A stretch of DNA of 64,000 nt from the NCBI GenBank assembly GCA_031285625.1, contig JAITVV010000007.1, positions 64,001-128,000 of the forward strand. The letters are read 5' to 3'. How positions within the stretch are numbered: the first letter of the stretch is position 1; each line of letters starts with the position of its first letter. The DNA comes from Prevotella sp. (GTDB taxonomy: Bacteria; Bacteroidota; Bacteroidia; Bacteroidales; Dysgonomonadaceae). Shown one piece after another: positions 19,447 to 28,855 of this stretch. Under the pieces are notes generated by a model. The model had not been told where the DNA came from. It ran no database searches and saw only the letters and a program-made list of their open reading frames with translations. A program made the translations under genes and the position numbers.

Positions 19447-20163
19447 TTATTTAGTTGATTGTAATGATTTTCTTTTTAATTCTTTCTTTTGACGTATAAT
19501 CCATTTTATCTTATTCCATGCATAACCTATAAGGAAAGCACCAGCGAATAAGCCTAAGGATAACAACAGTGCTTTTATATTCAGAGGTTCTTCTACAGCA
19601 GCATATGTCACATTACCATTTACTGTAGTGATCAGTCCGATAATGCATACAAAAAGGCTTACCAGGAAATAAACCTCGAGCCGCAATTCTTTTTCGGGAT
19701 AGAGATATCTTACCAGATAACTCAATGCAGGTAAACCAATAAATACACCCACTGCCAGTAAATAAGATATGGTTGTAAAATCTGTCCCCGGCATAGCAAA
19801 AATAATCTGCGTAAGGATGTAGAATAGTACAGGGAACAACAGCAAGCTTGGATACCAATACAATGGTTGTACCCATCGTTTGATTTTCTTACCGAACATA
19901 TTCCTCAATGCAGCAAAACAAAAAGCAAAGCAGATAGCCGACTCAATAGTAATCAGCACTGCTGAATCCTGCATTATCTTTGTATTCTTAAGGTAATCAG
20001 CCAACTGTGTTTTGGACTGTAGTATTGCATATTGGTAACCCCAGATAACGAAGACAGCACAAATAAGACCGAATATAGCCGCTTGCCAGGGTTTCCAGAA
20101 GCTTAGCTTAATGATGCAGTTTATAATGATAAACAGCATAAGTATTTGAATAATCAGTTCCAT
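19447..20163 (-). CDS. hmuT: Multi-TM membrane protein (HmuT)
   Basis: About seven hydrophobic segments; position between the CobN-like and ExbB-like genes. Confidence 0.75.
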   Translation of the reverse strand: MELIIQILMLFIIINCIIKLSFWKPWQAAIFGLICAVFVIWGYQYAILQSKTQLADYLKNTKIMQDSAVLITIESAICFAFCFAALRNMFGKKIKRWVQPLYWYPSLLLFPVLFYILTQIIFAMPGTDFTTISYLLAVGVFIGLPALSYLVRYLYPEKELRLEVYFLVSLFVCIIGLITTVNGNVTYAAVEEPLNIKALLLSLGLFAGAFLIGYAWNKIKWIIRQKKELKRKSLQSTK

Positions 20164-20189
20164 AATTAATCTACCTATTTGAATAATCT

Positions 20190-20260
20190 AAAAAGTAACA
20201 AAGGTGACAAAAGTGACACTTTTTATGTATATTTTATTTGTCACCTGTTTGTTACTTTTT
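20190..20260. repeat. Long imperfect inverted repeat inside the hmu operon
   Basis: aaaaagtaacaaa-ggtgacaaa ... tttgtcacc-tg-tttgttacttttt. Confidence 0.6.
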
Positions 20261-20309
20261 CTTATTACTTCTCTAGTATATAGATAAATAAATTCTTAAT
20301 TTATTATTC

Positions 20310-20422
20310 TTTGTCATCCTGAGGGACGAAGTATCTCTTAGCTTCTTTCCTTGACAACCAACGGTCACAGGAGCATAGCGTATGTAAATGGGTCGGGATG
20401 CTTCCTCCGTCAGCATGACAAA
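20310..20422. repeat. Palindromic REP/MITE-like element, copy 1
   Basis: tttgtcatcctga...gaagtatctc ... gggtcgggatgcttc...tcagcatgacaaa; related to 63880-63978. Confidence 0.65.
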
Positions 20423-20436
20423 AGTGTGTCAACAAT

Positions 20437-23400
20437 TTAAGAATTCGACTTACGTTTCTTTTTCAACACAACCAAAAGAATAACAAAAACTACCAGAACC
20501 ACAGCGACCACAATAATACCGTTCAGTGAGTTTTCTTCACCATTATCAGACTGTGAAATACCATCCTTTTTAAGGACTGTACCATTCTTGTTAATATCCG
20601 AAGAATCATCTGCAGTCTTCATTTTTTGAAGTTGCTGCTTGTATTCCGGTACGCTTTCAGGTGTGGTTTTCTGCGCAATAAAATCCTGCAACTTCACATT
20701 CGATCCTGCAAAACCGGAGCCGCTGGCACCAAATTCCTTAACCAGGTCGGTATGTAATTTTGCAATATCAGTCAACTGCTGATCAGATGCTTTCCACATC
20801 CCTTTCCGGGCTGTTTCGAGCATCACAGCAGTAATTTCCTGCATAGCCGCCGGATTTTGTTGTTTAAAGAAGTTTTGTACACCCAGATTATGCGAATCCT
20901 TTACATACACATCGTATAGTTGATCCCACATCTCATTATCAATCACGTCGGGCTTCATCACATTCCATGCATAGGTATTAGTTACTACCTCAGTAATCTG
21001 TGATGCGCTCGATGCTTTGCCTTTCATTACCTCTCTGATATACGCCGGATTGAAGACCGTAGAACGGGACTCCACTCCTATTGCTTCCTTTAGTTCCTGC
21101 ATCTTTACATTGTTGCGGTTACGGTAATCTGCAAAATAAGCATCCGGATCTTTTCCTGTCACATCACGAACAGCCAGGTTAAGACCTCCCATAAATTCGA
21201 ATACATGGTCTAAGCTCAATGCTCCCCATGTATTACTTTGGCGAGGCTGAACCACTACATCCGTATTATGGAGAACAGCACGCAACAGGCCTGCTTTGTA
21301 TTCTCCCCAGTCTTTGTCACTACCATAGACTGCACCCATATTACTAATATAAGTATCAGCTATCTCTTTCTCATTTTCCCATTTATCTCCACTTTTCACC
21401 ATTTCCTGAATACCTGTTCCATACATACCGTTTACTCCTCCGAATACACGCTGCGTAGACATCTCGCGTGCATTTTTAGGTGGTATACCTTGTTCTACAA
21501 GTTGGTGCTCGATTTCGGTGGCGCTTGATGCAACAAAATTTCCAAGTTTATCATCTTTAGCCGATGCTGCCATTTCTACAGCCCGGGTGATCAATGACAA
21601 ACGGGATGCTGCCAGATCACGGAACTGCCCTGAAGTTTGTACAACAACATCAATACGCGGACGACCTAATGTTTCGGATGAAATAAGTTGTATATCGGAT
21701 ACACGGCCAAAGGCATCACGCACCGGTTCTACCCCAAGCATATAAAGTACCTGTGCAATAGTAGTCCCTTCACTCTCGATAAACTCACTACTCCAGAAAG
21801 TATAACTCACCTTTTTAGGATATTCGCCATGTTGTTTTTTATATTGTTCCAATGTTGCATTCACCAAAGATACCCCTTTATCCCAGGCCACTTCCGAAGG
21901 TGTAGCTTCTGCATTAATAGAGTACAAATTACGTCCTGTAGGTACGGCATTGGGATTAGCAACAGCATCGCCACCTGATGACGGTGCAATATATCCTCCT
22001 GCAAGGGCATCCAATACAGATTTAATCTCCAGTTCAGGGCTTTGTTGCAAAGCATTCTTATAATTCGTAATGTTATTAATAGTACGCTCTACCTCTGTAA
22101 TGGCACGTGCACGGTCTTTTTGTTCTTTGGTATATTCCGGCATCTGCGGTTTACCACCCATTGGTTTTTGTTGACCCGCTTTGGTAGAATCCATACCATG
22201 CGGATGCTGAGGCTTTTCTGCCTTATCCGCTCCGGAAGGATGGCCTCCTTTAGTTTCAGCCGGCCTGGTTCCTATTTTAGGAATCCATGAAGGATGACCT
22301 CCTGATTTACTACCTGGCTTGCTTCCCGAATTTGCACTTTGCATCATTGCCATCATTGCAGCCATTCCATTACGTGGAGTAAGTATCTTTTTAGCTTCAG
22401 CCAGATCTTTAGTAGCAATTCCTGCAACATTACAGATTAATGCGCTGTCTACAGTTCTTCCATTCAATACCTGGTTTACTAACGACTTGGCAGGCTCTAA
22501 ATAGCGTTGGGTAAAGAATACTTTATTCTTCAATTGTTTATCGGTAACCTTACCCCTTTGCTTATCCAAAGCTGCGAGGCTATACGCTATAGGATCGGCA
22601 CTCATGGCCAGTACCGATGTCTTTATCTTTTCGGTTTCGTAAGGTACTCCTGTAGTATAAAGTTGACCTGTCATTTTCTCATTGGCAATTTCCTCTGCGA
22701 AGTTTTCAATGCGTTCAATTTCTTCTGTCGAATATGGATTAGCCAGAACACTATCCAGACGAAGTTCACGGTGCAGCCCTATCTCTATGGCGATTTTCTT
22801 TACGGCTAAAGAAGCTTTTGGCTGAGCGACTTCATCCGTTTTATAATAACCACGTATCTTATCCTGCAGAGCCTTAAACTGAGAACGGGTCTCGCTTTCC
22901 ATAAACGGAGGAGTAAGATAGGATATAGTTGTAGCATACGAACGGCGCTTAGCCATCATGCTTTCACCTATATTTCCGATTGTATAATAATAGAAATGAG
23001 GTATTGTACCTACCAGACGATCAGGCCAGTCGTTACTGCTCAGAGCCACTTGCTTCCGGGGAGTGAATTCGAGACTTCCATGTGTACCGAAATGCAACAT
23101 GGCATCCGCTTTAAATGCATATTGCGACCAGAGATAAGCACCAATATAGGTGTGTGGCGGAGCAGATTTAGCTCCGTGGACAATAGCAAAAGCATCACTA
23201 CCGAGTCCTGCCATAGGCTGAGGCAATAGAGCTATATTACCCAATTCGATACGGGCAACAGCCAAATAATATTTATCATCTTTATGTACACTCATATATC
23301 CTCCGGGCGCTTCACCATAAGTATCCACAACATCTGCATAAGATTCTTTCGAGAGGGACTGATTAATCCATGATTCGTATTCTGATTTTTCTACCAAGGC

Positions 23401-24720
23401 CGGTTTTCCGTTTTTCAGATAATCATCAAACGCTCCTTCGGCATAGGTACTTAATACTGCACCCTGTGTCATTAGCAGTTTTTCAAATTCCTGCTCGGTT
23501 GCAGGCAGATTGTCAACCTTATACCCTTCCGCTCTGAGTCGTTTTAATAGATTATATAATGATGGAACCGTTTCCAATCCTTGTGCAGTCAGCGTTTCCT
23601 GTCCGGCTCCTTTGAAATAGTAGATTGCAACTTTCTTATCTGCATTACTTTTTCGTTGCAACGATATAAAATTATTTATAATTTGGGTAAAGCTTTTTAG
23701 CCTGTCTGGAATTGCTTTAAACAAATAAAGTCCGTCCTTATCTACTTCCTGAGCATTGACTACATACGGATAAATAGCACCATCCAATTCGGGCATCACT
23801 ATACTTTGCGACATAAATCCACCGAACATTCCCATCGGGTCTTTCATCCAGTCTTCCTTAGTCTGCAAAATAGTTAATGGAGAAAACACAGGGATATTTC
23901 TTTGCTTAAGCCATTCTACCGCAGCATCAGCTTGTCCCATTGCCATACGTCCGTGCGCATAGTAAACTACTGCATCAGGTTGTATTTCTTTAAGAAAATT
24001 AAGACGTTTCATTGCCGAAACCACAGGATAAACGTTCATTCCTGAGTTCTGGAATGCGACAATCATACTGTCTATATTGTCCCTGTTTCCACTAAAAGGG
24101 TCATTCAATCCACCCACTATAGCTATTTTAGGGCCACCTTCTTTATAAAAGTTATTCTTTTTCAAATATTGTTCATATTCCTGAACAGTATTGAAAGACA
24201 AATCCTCATTCAGATGATAAAGTACATCCGAGGCACTCTCCACGACAGAATCTGCTGGCGCAACAAAGAATGTTTTTTTGTTTATATTCTGACGTATATA
24301 TTTTGCCAGATTTCTATAATTCTTTTTATTCCCGTTTTTCAGATAGCTTCCAATATCTTCTTTTGGTATACTATCAAGGTTGCATATATTATTATCGGGA
24401 TTAGTAGCTGCATATATATAGACAGGAGTGCCTTTATCAGCCGTCGATTGTATAATCTCACGCTCTTCGACAGATATATTTAACCCCATACCGAAAGCAA
24501 GAACGAAATCATAGTTCTTTAGTTTATCTACGTCTTCAACCGAAACAATCTCGTATTTTACGAAATTATCATCATTAGCTTTGATAATACTGGTAGTCTG
24601 AAATTGCTGAAAATTGACCAATGCAATTTTTGTAGTCGATGCCAGCTTATTCCATGTAAACCAACAGGCTCCGGCAACAATAGCAATTATAAGGATAGTT
24701 ATTAGTTTCTTTTTAGTCAT
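20437..24720 (-). CDS. hmuS: CobN/Mg-chelatase-like protein (HmuS)
   Basis: LHFGTHGSLEF, PTGRNLY, LGRPRIDVV, SGQFRD; N- and C-terminal TM anchors; start ATG 24720; hmu context. Confidence 0.9.
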   Translation of the reverse strand: MTKKKLITILIIAIVAGACWFTWNKLASTTKIALVNFQQFQTTSIIKANDDNFVKYEIVSVEDVDKLKNYDFVLAFGMGLNISVEEREIIQSTADKGTPVYIYAATNPDNNICNLDSIPKEDIGSYLKNGNKKNYRNLAKYIRQNINKKTFFVAPADSVVESASDVLYHLNEDLSFNTVQEYEQYLKKNNFYKEGGPKIAIVGGLNDPFSGNRDNIDSMIVAFQNSGMNVYPVVSAMKRLNFLKEIQPDAVVYYAHGRMAMGQADAAVEWLKQRNIPVFSPLTILQTKEDWMKDPMGMFGGFMSQSIVMPELDGAIYPYVVNAQEVDKDGLYLFKAIPDRLKSFTQIINNFISLQRKSNADKKVAIYYFKGAGQETLTAQGLETVPSLYNLLKRLRAEGYKVDNLPATEQEFEKLLMTQGAVLSTYAEGAFDDYLKNGKPALVEKSEYESWINQSLSKESYADVVDTYGEAPGGYMSVHKDDKYYLAVARIELGNIALLPQPMAGLGSDAFAIVHGAKSAPPHTYIGAYLWSQYAFKADAMLHFGTHGSLEFTPRKQVALSSNDWPDRLVGTIPHFYYYTIGNIGESMMAKRRSYATTISYLTPPFMESETRSQFKALQDKIRGYYKTDEVAQPKASLAVKKIAIEIGLHRELRLDSVLANPYSTEEIERIENFAEEIANEKMTGQLYTTGVPYETEKIKTSVLAMSADPIAYSLAALDKQRGKVTDKQLKNKVFFTQRYLEPAKSLVNQVLNGRTVDSALICNVAGIATKDLAEAKKILTPRNGMAAMMAMMQSANSGSKPGSKSGGHPSWIPKIGTRPAETKGGHPSGADKAEKPQHPHGMDSTKAGQQKPMGGKPQMPEYTKEQKDRARAITEVERTINNITNYKNALQQSPELEIKSVLDALAGGYIAPSSGGDAVANPNAVPTGRNLYSINAEATPSEVAWDKGVSLVNATLEQYKKQHGEYPKKVSYTFWSSEFIESEGTTIAQVLYMLGVEPVRDAFGRVSDIQLISSETLGRPRIDVVVQTSGQFRDLAASRLSLITRAVEMAASAKDDKLGNFVASSATEIEHQLVEQGIPPKNAREMSTQRVFGGVNGMYGTGIQEMVKSGDKWENEKEIADTYISNMGAVYGSDKDWGEYKAGLLRAVLHNTDVVVQPRQSNTWGALSLDHVFEFMGGLNLAVRDVTGKDPDAYFADYRNRNNVKMQELKEAIGVESRSTVFNPAYIREVMKGKASSASQITEVVTNTYAWNVMKPDVIDNEMWDQLYDVYVKDSHNLGVQNFFKQQNPAAMQEITAVMLETARKGMWKASDQQLTDIAKLHTDLVKEFGASGSGFAGSNVKLQDFIAQKTTPESVPEYKQQLQKMKTADDSSDINKNGTVLKKDGISQSDNGEENSLNGIIVVAVVLVVFVILLVVLKKKRKSNS

Positions 24721-24771
24721 TGTCTCATCACAATTATATATTTGAATATTTATATTTTCACACCTTATCAA

Positions 24772-26916
24772 TTATCTTTTAAATAATTTATCTATATCCA
24801 GTGAAATACCGGCCGAAAATGTTGTTCCCGTTGTATAAGGTGAATTACTATAGTAATATGACGGTACATAATTAAAGAGGTTATCTACTGCCAGTGTCAC
24901 ATTTATTCCTTTCCAGATATTCTGCAAAAGGCTGAGTTTCCAAATCATATATCCCGGATAGGTAACTTTCTCGGTTTCCTCATATGATGTCAGGGAAGTA
25001 TATTCATTCGTCGTCACTTTAGATAGGAAGCGCCCGTTTAACGAAAGATTAAAACCATAGTTTTTCCAGTCTTTACCATATTCAATACGGGCTGTAGCCG
25101 CATGAGGACGTGTCTGGGACATCAAAGGTTGCCCCTTTTTTATATGTTCGTAGGTATATGTATAAGACAAGCGGGCACCAATGCCACATGGATATTTAAC
25201 TGAAGCATTCGCATCTATACCGGTAATATCTATTTTATCAATATTGGTATATAACATTCCTTTCAACTCCTGACTCCATGCAGTTGTAATGCGATTATCC
25301 ACCAGATTATAATAGCCTGTCAGGGAAAAATTATAATAGTTATTAGTATATTCAGTAGAAACAGAAAAATTGTGGCTTGTTTCAGATTTCAGGTCAGGAT
25401 TACCATAAATCATAAACACACTTGCCATATCGAAAACCATATACATTTCTTTGAGAGTCGGGGCACGGAAACCAGCAGAATACGACCCACGCAAAGAACA
25501 GTTGCCTACTTTGTACATTAACCCTAGCTTAGGTGAAATGCGACTGATATCATTCTCTGAAAAATAATCGTAACGCAATCCGGTGATTACATTAAACCTG
25601 TCGACAGGAGTCCAGTCAAACTGAGCAAAAACATCTGCCACATACTGCCGGTAGCTCCCATTATCTTTGAACTGATAACTCATCAGATAATCACGCATAT
25701 AATCCCCTCCTACTGTCAGGGTATTTTTCTGATCGAACGAATAATTATATAATCCTCTTATACTATGTTGTACATTACTATAATCGCGCACATCATTCTC
25801 CGTACTCATAAGATATTCACTCTTATCGTATTGGTCGAATGAATAAGCCAATTCCATATTACTTTTTTCGTTAAAAGCATAATCGCCTTTCAAACCTCCG
25901 CTAAAGCCCCGGTAACGGTCTTTACTGGTTACTTGCGAATCTCTTTCCCTAAAGAAATAACCTGCACGTCCGGTAAGTTTAAGCTGATCATTCACATTAT
26001 ATTGCAGACGCTCCTTGATATTCCATGTGCGATTACCAAACAACTGGGAATAGGCGCCTTCATTTTTCATTTTGTATCCGTCCTCAGAAGTATGTTGTAC
26101 ATTGGTTATACTATTGAAGCGTCCTGTATTGAAGCTTACACTTCCTCCATGCCGTTGCTCATTATGTGCAGCAAACCGGCTATTAATATTCGCAGTCCAT
26201 GGCTCAGTTGCCGTTTTACTAATAATATTCACAACACCACCAACAGCATTCGACCCATAAAGAGATGATGCTGCACCTTTTACGATCTCTATACGCTCTA
26301 CATTATCAAGATTGAGCCTGCTATAATCTATATTATCCAGTGTTTCTCCGGCAACACGTTCTCCATCGACAAGGAAGAGAACAGAATTTCCACCAAAACC
26401 TTGCATATTAAGCGATACCTGCTGATTCATGGAATAAGAAAATTCAACTCCCGGAAGTTCCGATTGTAGTAAGTCACCAATATGTGTGGCATCGACTTTT
26501 TTTATCTCATTTTCAGTAATCACCTTTGTTATGATAGGTGAATTTTTCAATAGTTTAGGTGTACGTGTTGCGGTTATTACTACCGTACCTAAATCCACTT
26601 CTTTTTCCTTCAGGTAGAAATCTGCTGTTTCCGACTGATGTGGTCTCAACTTTCTATCTTGTTGTATATATCCTATGAGAGAAACCTGCAAGGTATATTC
26701 TTTATTATCGTCCGGTAAAGAAAGTGTATATTGTCCTTTAGAGTCGGTTGAGGTTGCTATACCATTTCGTTCTTTCAACCAAACAGCGACCCCTGCAAAT
26801 GTTTCATTATTATTATCGTAAACTGTTCCGGAAACAATCCGTTGAGAAAAGGCCGGGGCAGCTATAAAACAACAAAATATCAGGCATACTGTTGCTCGTA
26901 ATTTTCGCTTATCCAT
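24772..26916 (-). CDS. hmuR: TonB-dependent heme receptor (HmuR)
   Basis: N-terminal CarboxypepD-like domain, VVITATRT, IEIVKGAASSLYGSNAVGGVVNII plug, FRAP and NPDL motifs. Confidence 0.9.
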   Translation of the reverse strand: MDKRKLRATVCLIFCCFIAAPAFSQRIVSGTVYDNNNETFAGVAVWLKERNGIATSTDSKGQYTLSLPDDNKEYTLQVSLIGYIQQDRKLRPHQSETADFYLKEKEVDLGTVVITATRTPKLLKNSPIITKVITENEIKKVDATHIGDLLQSELPGVEFSYSMNQQVSLNMQGFGGNSVLFLVDGERVAGETLDNIDYSRLNLDNVERIEIVKGAASSLYGSNAVGGVVNIISKTATEPWTANINSRFAAHNEQRHGGSVSFNTGRFNSITNVQHTSEDGYKMKNEGAYSQLFGNRTWNIKERLQYNVNDQLKLTGRAGYFFRERDSQVTSKDRYRGFSGGLKGDYAFNEKSNMELAYSFDQYDKSEYLMSTENDVRDYSNVQHSIRGLYNYSFDQKNTLTVGGDYMRDYLMSYQFKDNGSYRQYVADVFAQFDWTPVDRFNVITGLRYDYFSENDISRISPKLGLMYKVGNCSLRGSYSAGFRAPTLKEMYMVFDMASVFMIYGNPDLKSETSHNFSVSTEYTNNYYNFSLTGYYNLVDNRITTAWSQELKGMLYTNIDKIDITGIDANASVKYPCGIGARLSYTYTYEHIKKGQPLMSQTRPHAATARIEYGKDWKNYGFNLSLNGRFLSKVTTNEYTSLTSYEETEKVTYPGYMIWKLSLLQNIWKGINVTLAVDNLFNYVPSYYYSNSPYTTGTTFSAGISLDIDKLFKR

Positions 26917-26921
26917 GTCTG

Positions 26922-27584
26922 TTAGAATTCAAGTGGATATATGTATTCGATAGTCATAAAGCCTTTCACCCCGGATGCATCCATAAAGTTTTTGAGGCGT
27001 ACTGCTGCTACAGTATTATCTTTCAACTTTACTACATATACTTTATTAGACGGATTATAATTGGGAGGCATACTACTGGTATCTACGAATAGCCATTTAG
27101 AAAGTTCCGTGTTATAGAAAGATTCAGTATATTTCAGTTCTCCTTCCATCATACCCGACATATCAATAACGATTTTCTTGGTAGTCCATTCATCTTTGAT
27201 GTAAGTTCCTCCGGGAATTTCCCCACTGGCCCTGAGTGTTGACAATCCGGTAAATCCTGTTTCAATTACAGATGCTCCATTTGTTTTTACATCATATCGG
27301 TGAATAGCAATATCCCATTCTGCAGGCTCAGTCATACCTTCTGTAATTTCCAGAGAATCTATGGTAAGGGTATGAAAATCTATATAAGTCCATTTAGTAT
27401 AACTTGTAGCATCAATGTAAATCGTGCCGGATTTATTTTCCTTATCTATCTCTATAAATCCAAAATCTGCCCTATCCTCAGCGGATGGTTCGTCATAGAT
27501 GTTATCCAATATGCCATTGCACGCCGGGAATGACATCAGAGTCATTCCCAGCATGATTATTTTAAAAAAGAAAGTGTATTTCAT
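26922..27584 (-). CDS. hmuY: HmuY-family hemophore lipoprotein
   Basis: Lipobox FPAC; DATSYTKWTYIDF, WDIAIHRYDVKTNG, MPPNY...KVYVVK, GFMTIEY. Confidence 0.9.
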   Translation of the reverse strand: MKYTFFFKIIMLGMTLMSFPACNGILDNIYDEPSAEDRADFGFIEIDKENKSGTIYIDATSYTKWTYIDFHTLTIDSLEITEGMTEPAEWDIAIHRYDVKTNGASVIETGFTGLSTLRASGEIPGGTYIKDEWTTKKIVIDMSGMMEGELKYTESFYNTELSKWLFVDTSSMPPNYNPSNKVYVVKLKDNTVAAVRLKNFMDASGVKGFMTIEYIYPLEF

Positions 27585-28411
27585 TCTTCTTTGCTAGTAA
27601 AAACAGCAGTAATGTCCATTGGCATAGCGCCCGGTTTCATAGTAAATGTTATATTGGCTTTACCTTCTTTTATTGTTCCTTCCAGGCTACCGGTAACCTT
27701 TGTAGTACCACTGGTCGTATCTATTGTACCAGTCAACGTGTAAGAACCATCCGTCTCTGCAACAACTTCTACATCAGCTATTGTCATATCCTGGAAAGCC
27801 ATTGCCCCTTCTCCAAATCCAGCCAATAATACCTCTGCTTTTTCGTTCTCCTGACTCTTGATTGTAACTTTGCTATTATATGTTCCTTGCCCGGAGCCTG
27901 CAACAGATAGTGCCAAATTACCTTCGTACACACTGGCAATAACCATATTGGCAGGGGCATCACCTAATATAAATGATACTTTAAGCCCACCCATCACAGA
28001 AGGTACATTAAATACAATAGAAACTGTTTTCTTATCTTTACTTATAGTTCCCTCTACTGTACAATCATACTCTTTCTGAGATGCAGCATCCATACCCATT
28101 ACAGTCTTTCCACTACCTGTTACTGTGTAAGTATCGTTTTTTAATGATACAATTGCATCGGATATAGTGAATTTACCCCATGTGGTTGAAGAGAATGAAA
28201 CTGTACTTTTTCCATTTTCGTTTGCTACTATAGATACAGTCTCATCCGGTGTGGTCATTGGTATAGCTGTATACTTAAACTCTGCAACAGTATAACCGTT
28301 ATATGTATCTGCTACATCTTGGTCGGGAGTAGTAGTTGGATCATCATCACTGCTACATGCTGCCATAAATAATACGGCAGCCATCATAATTAAACTAAAC
28401 TTTAATTTCAT
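27581..28411 (-). CDS. Lipoprotein with two calycin-like beta domains
   Basis: Lipobox MAAC-SSDDD; two similar beta-rich repeats; ATGA overlap with hmuY. Confidence 0.75.
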   Translation of the reverse strand: MKLKFSLIMMAAVLFMAACSSDDDPTTTPDQDVADTYNGYTVAEFKYTAIPMTTPDETVSIVANENGKSTVSFSSTTWGKFTISDAIVSLKNDTYTVTGSGKTVMGMDAASQKEYDCTVEGTISKDKKTVSIVFNVPSVMGGLKVSFILGDAPANMVIASVYEGNLALSVAGSGQGTYNSKVTIKSQENEKAEVLLAGFGEGAMAFQDMTIADVEVVAETDGSYTLTGTIDTTSGTTKVTGSLEGTIKEGKANITFTMKPGAMPMDITAVFTSKEE

Positions 28412-28633
28412 GTTAGAATTATTTTTAAAATGTGAATATTGTGTGTATTAAAATAAATTCAAAAGAGTTTTTAATATTGATTTTCAAAAAATAAAGCAAA
28501 GCTCCGCCATACGACAATTTATCACTATCGTTAATTATTTTATTTACAACATATTGCTAATGTGGGCCTTTTATATTTTTCTCATTCAAGGAATAGCGAT
28601 TTAAAAGTTCTATATATATTAGTTTCAATGATA

Positions 28634-28641
28634 CAAAAGTA
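28634..28641 (-). promoter_or_regulatory. Bacteroidota -7 promoter box (TACTTTTG) of the hmu operon
   Basis: caaaagta on the + strand; implies a leader of about 220 nt. Confidence 0.55.
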
Positions 28642-28795
28642 TGGTGAACGTATATGATGTACAATCCCTAAAAATGATGAAATAAAATATTAGTGATACC
28701 TACATCTTGTTATAGATGAAATCTTTCATCAATCTATATAATCTATTTCTAAAAATCCGATAAACAGCTAATATATACCACTATAATAAAAAAAG

Positions 28796-28825
28796 AAAAG
28801 GAGTCTCCTAAAGAAGACTCCTTTT
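28796..28825 (-). terminator. Intrinsic terminator of the RND operon
   Basis: aaaaggagtct-N8-agactcctttt with a long upstream A-run on the + strand. Confidence 0.8.
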
Positions 28826-28855
28826 TACTAAATCTGCGAATAACAACCAAATAAA

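Noticed and set aside
20437-24720. cobN as evidence of cobalamin biosynthesis
   Set aside because: TM anchors and the hmuY-hmuR-...-ExbB-DUF2149 context indicate HmuS; no other cob or cbi genes and no cobalamin riboswitch recognised
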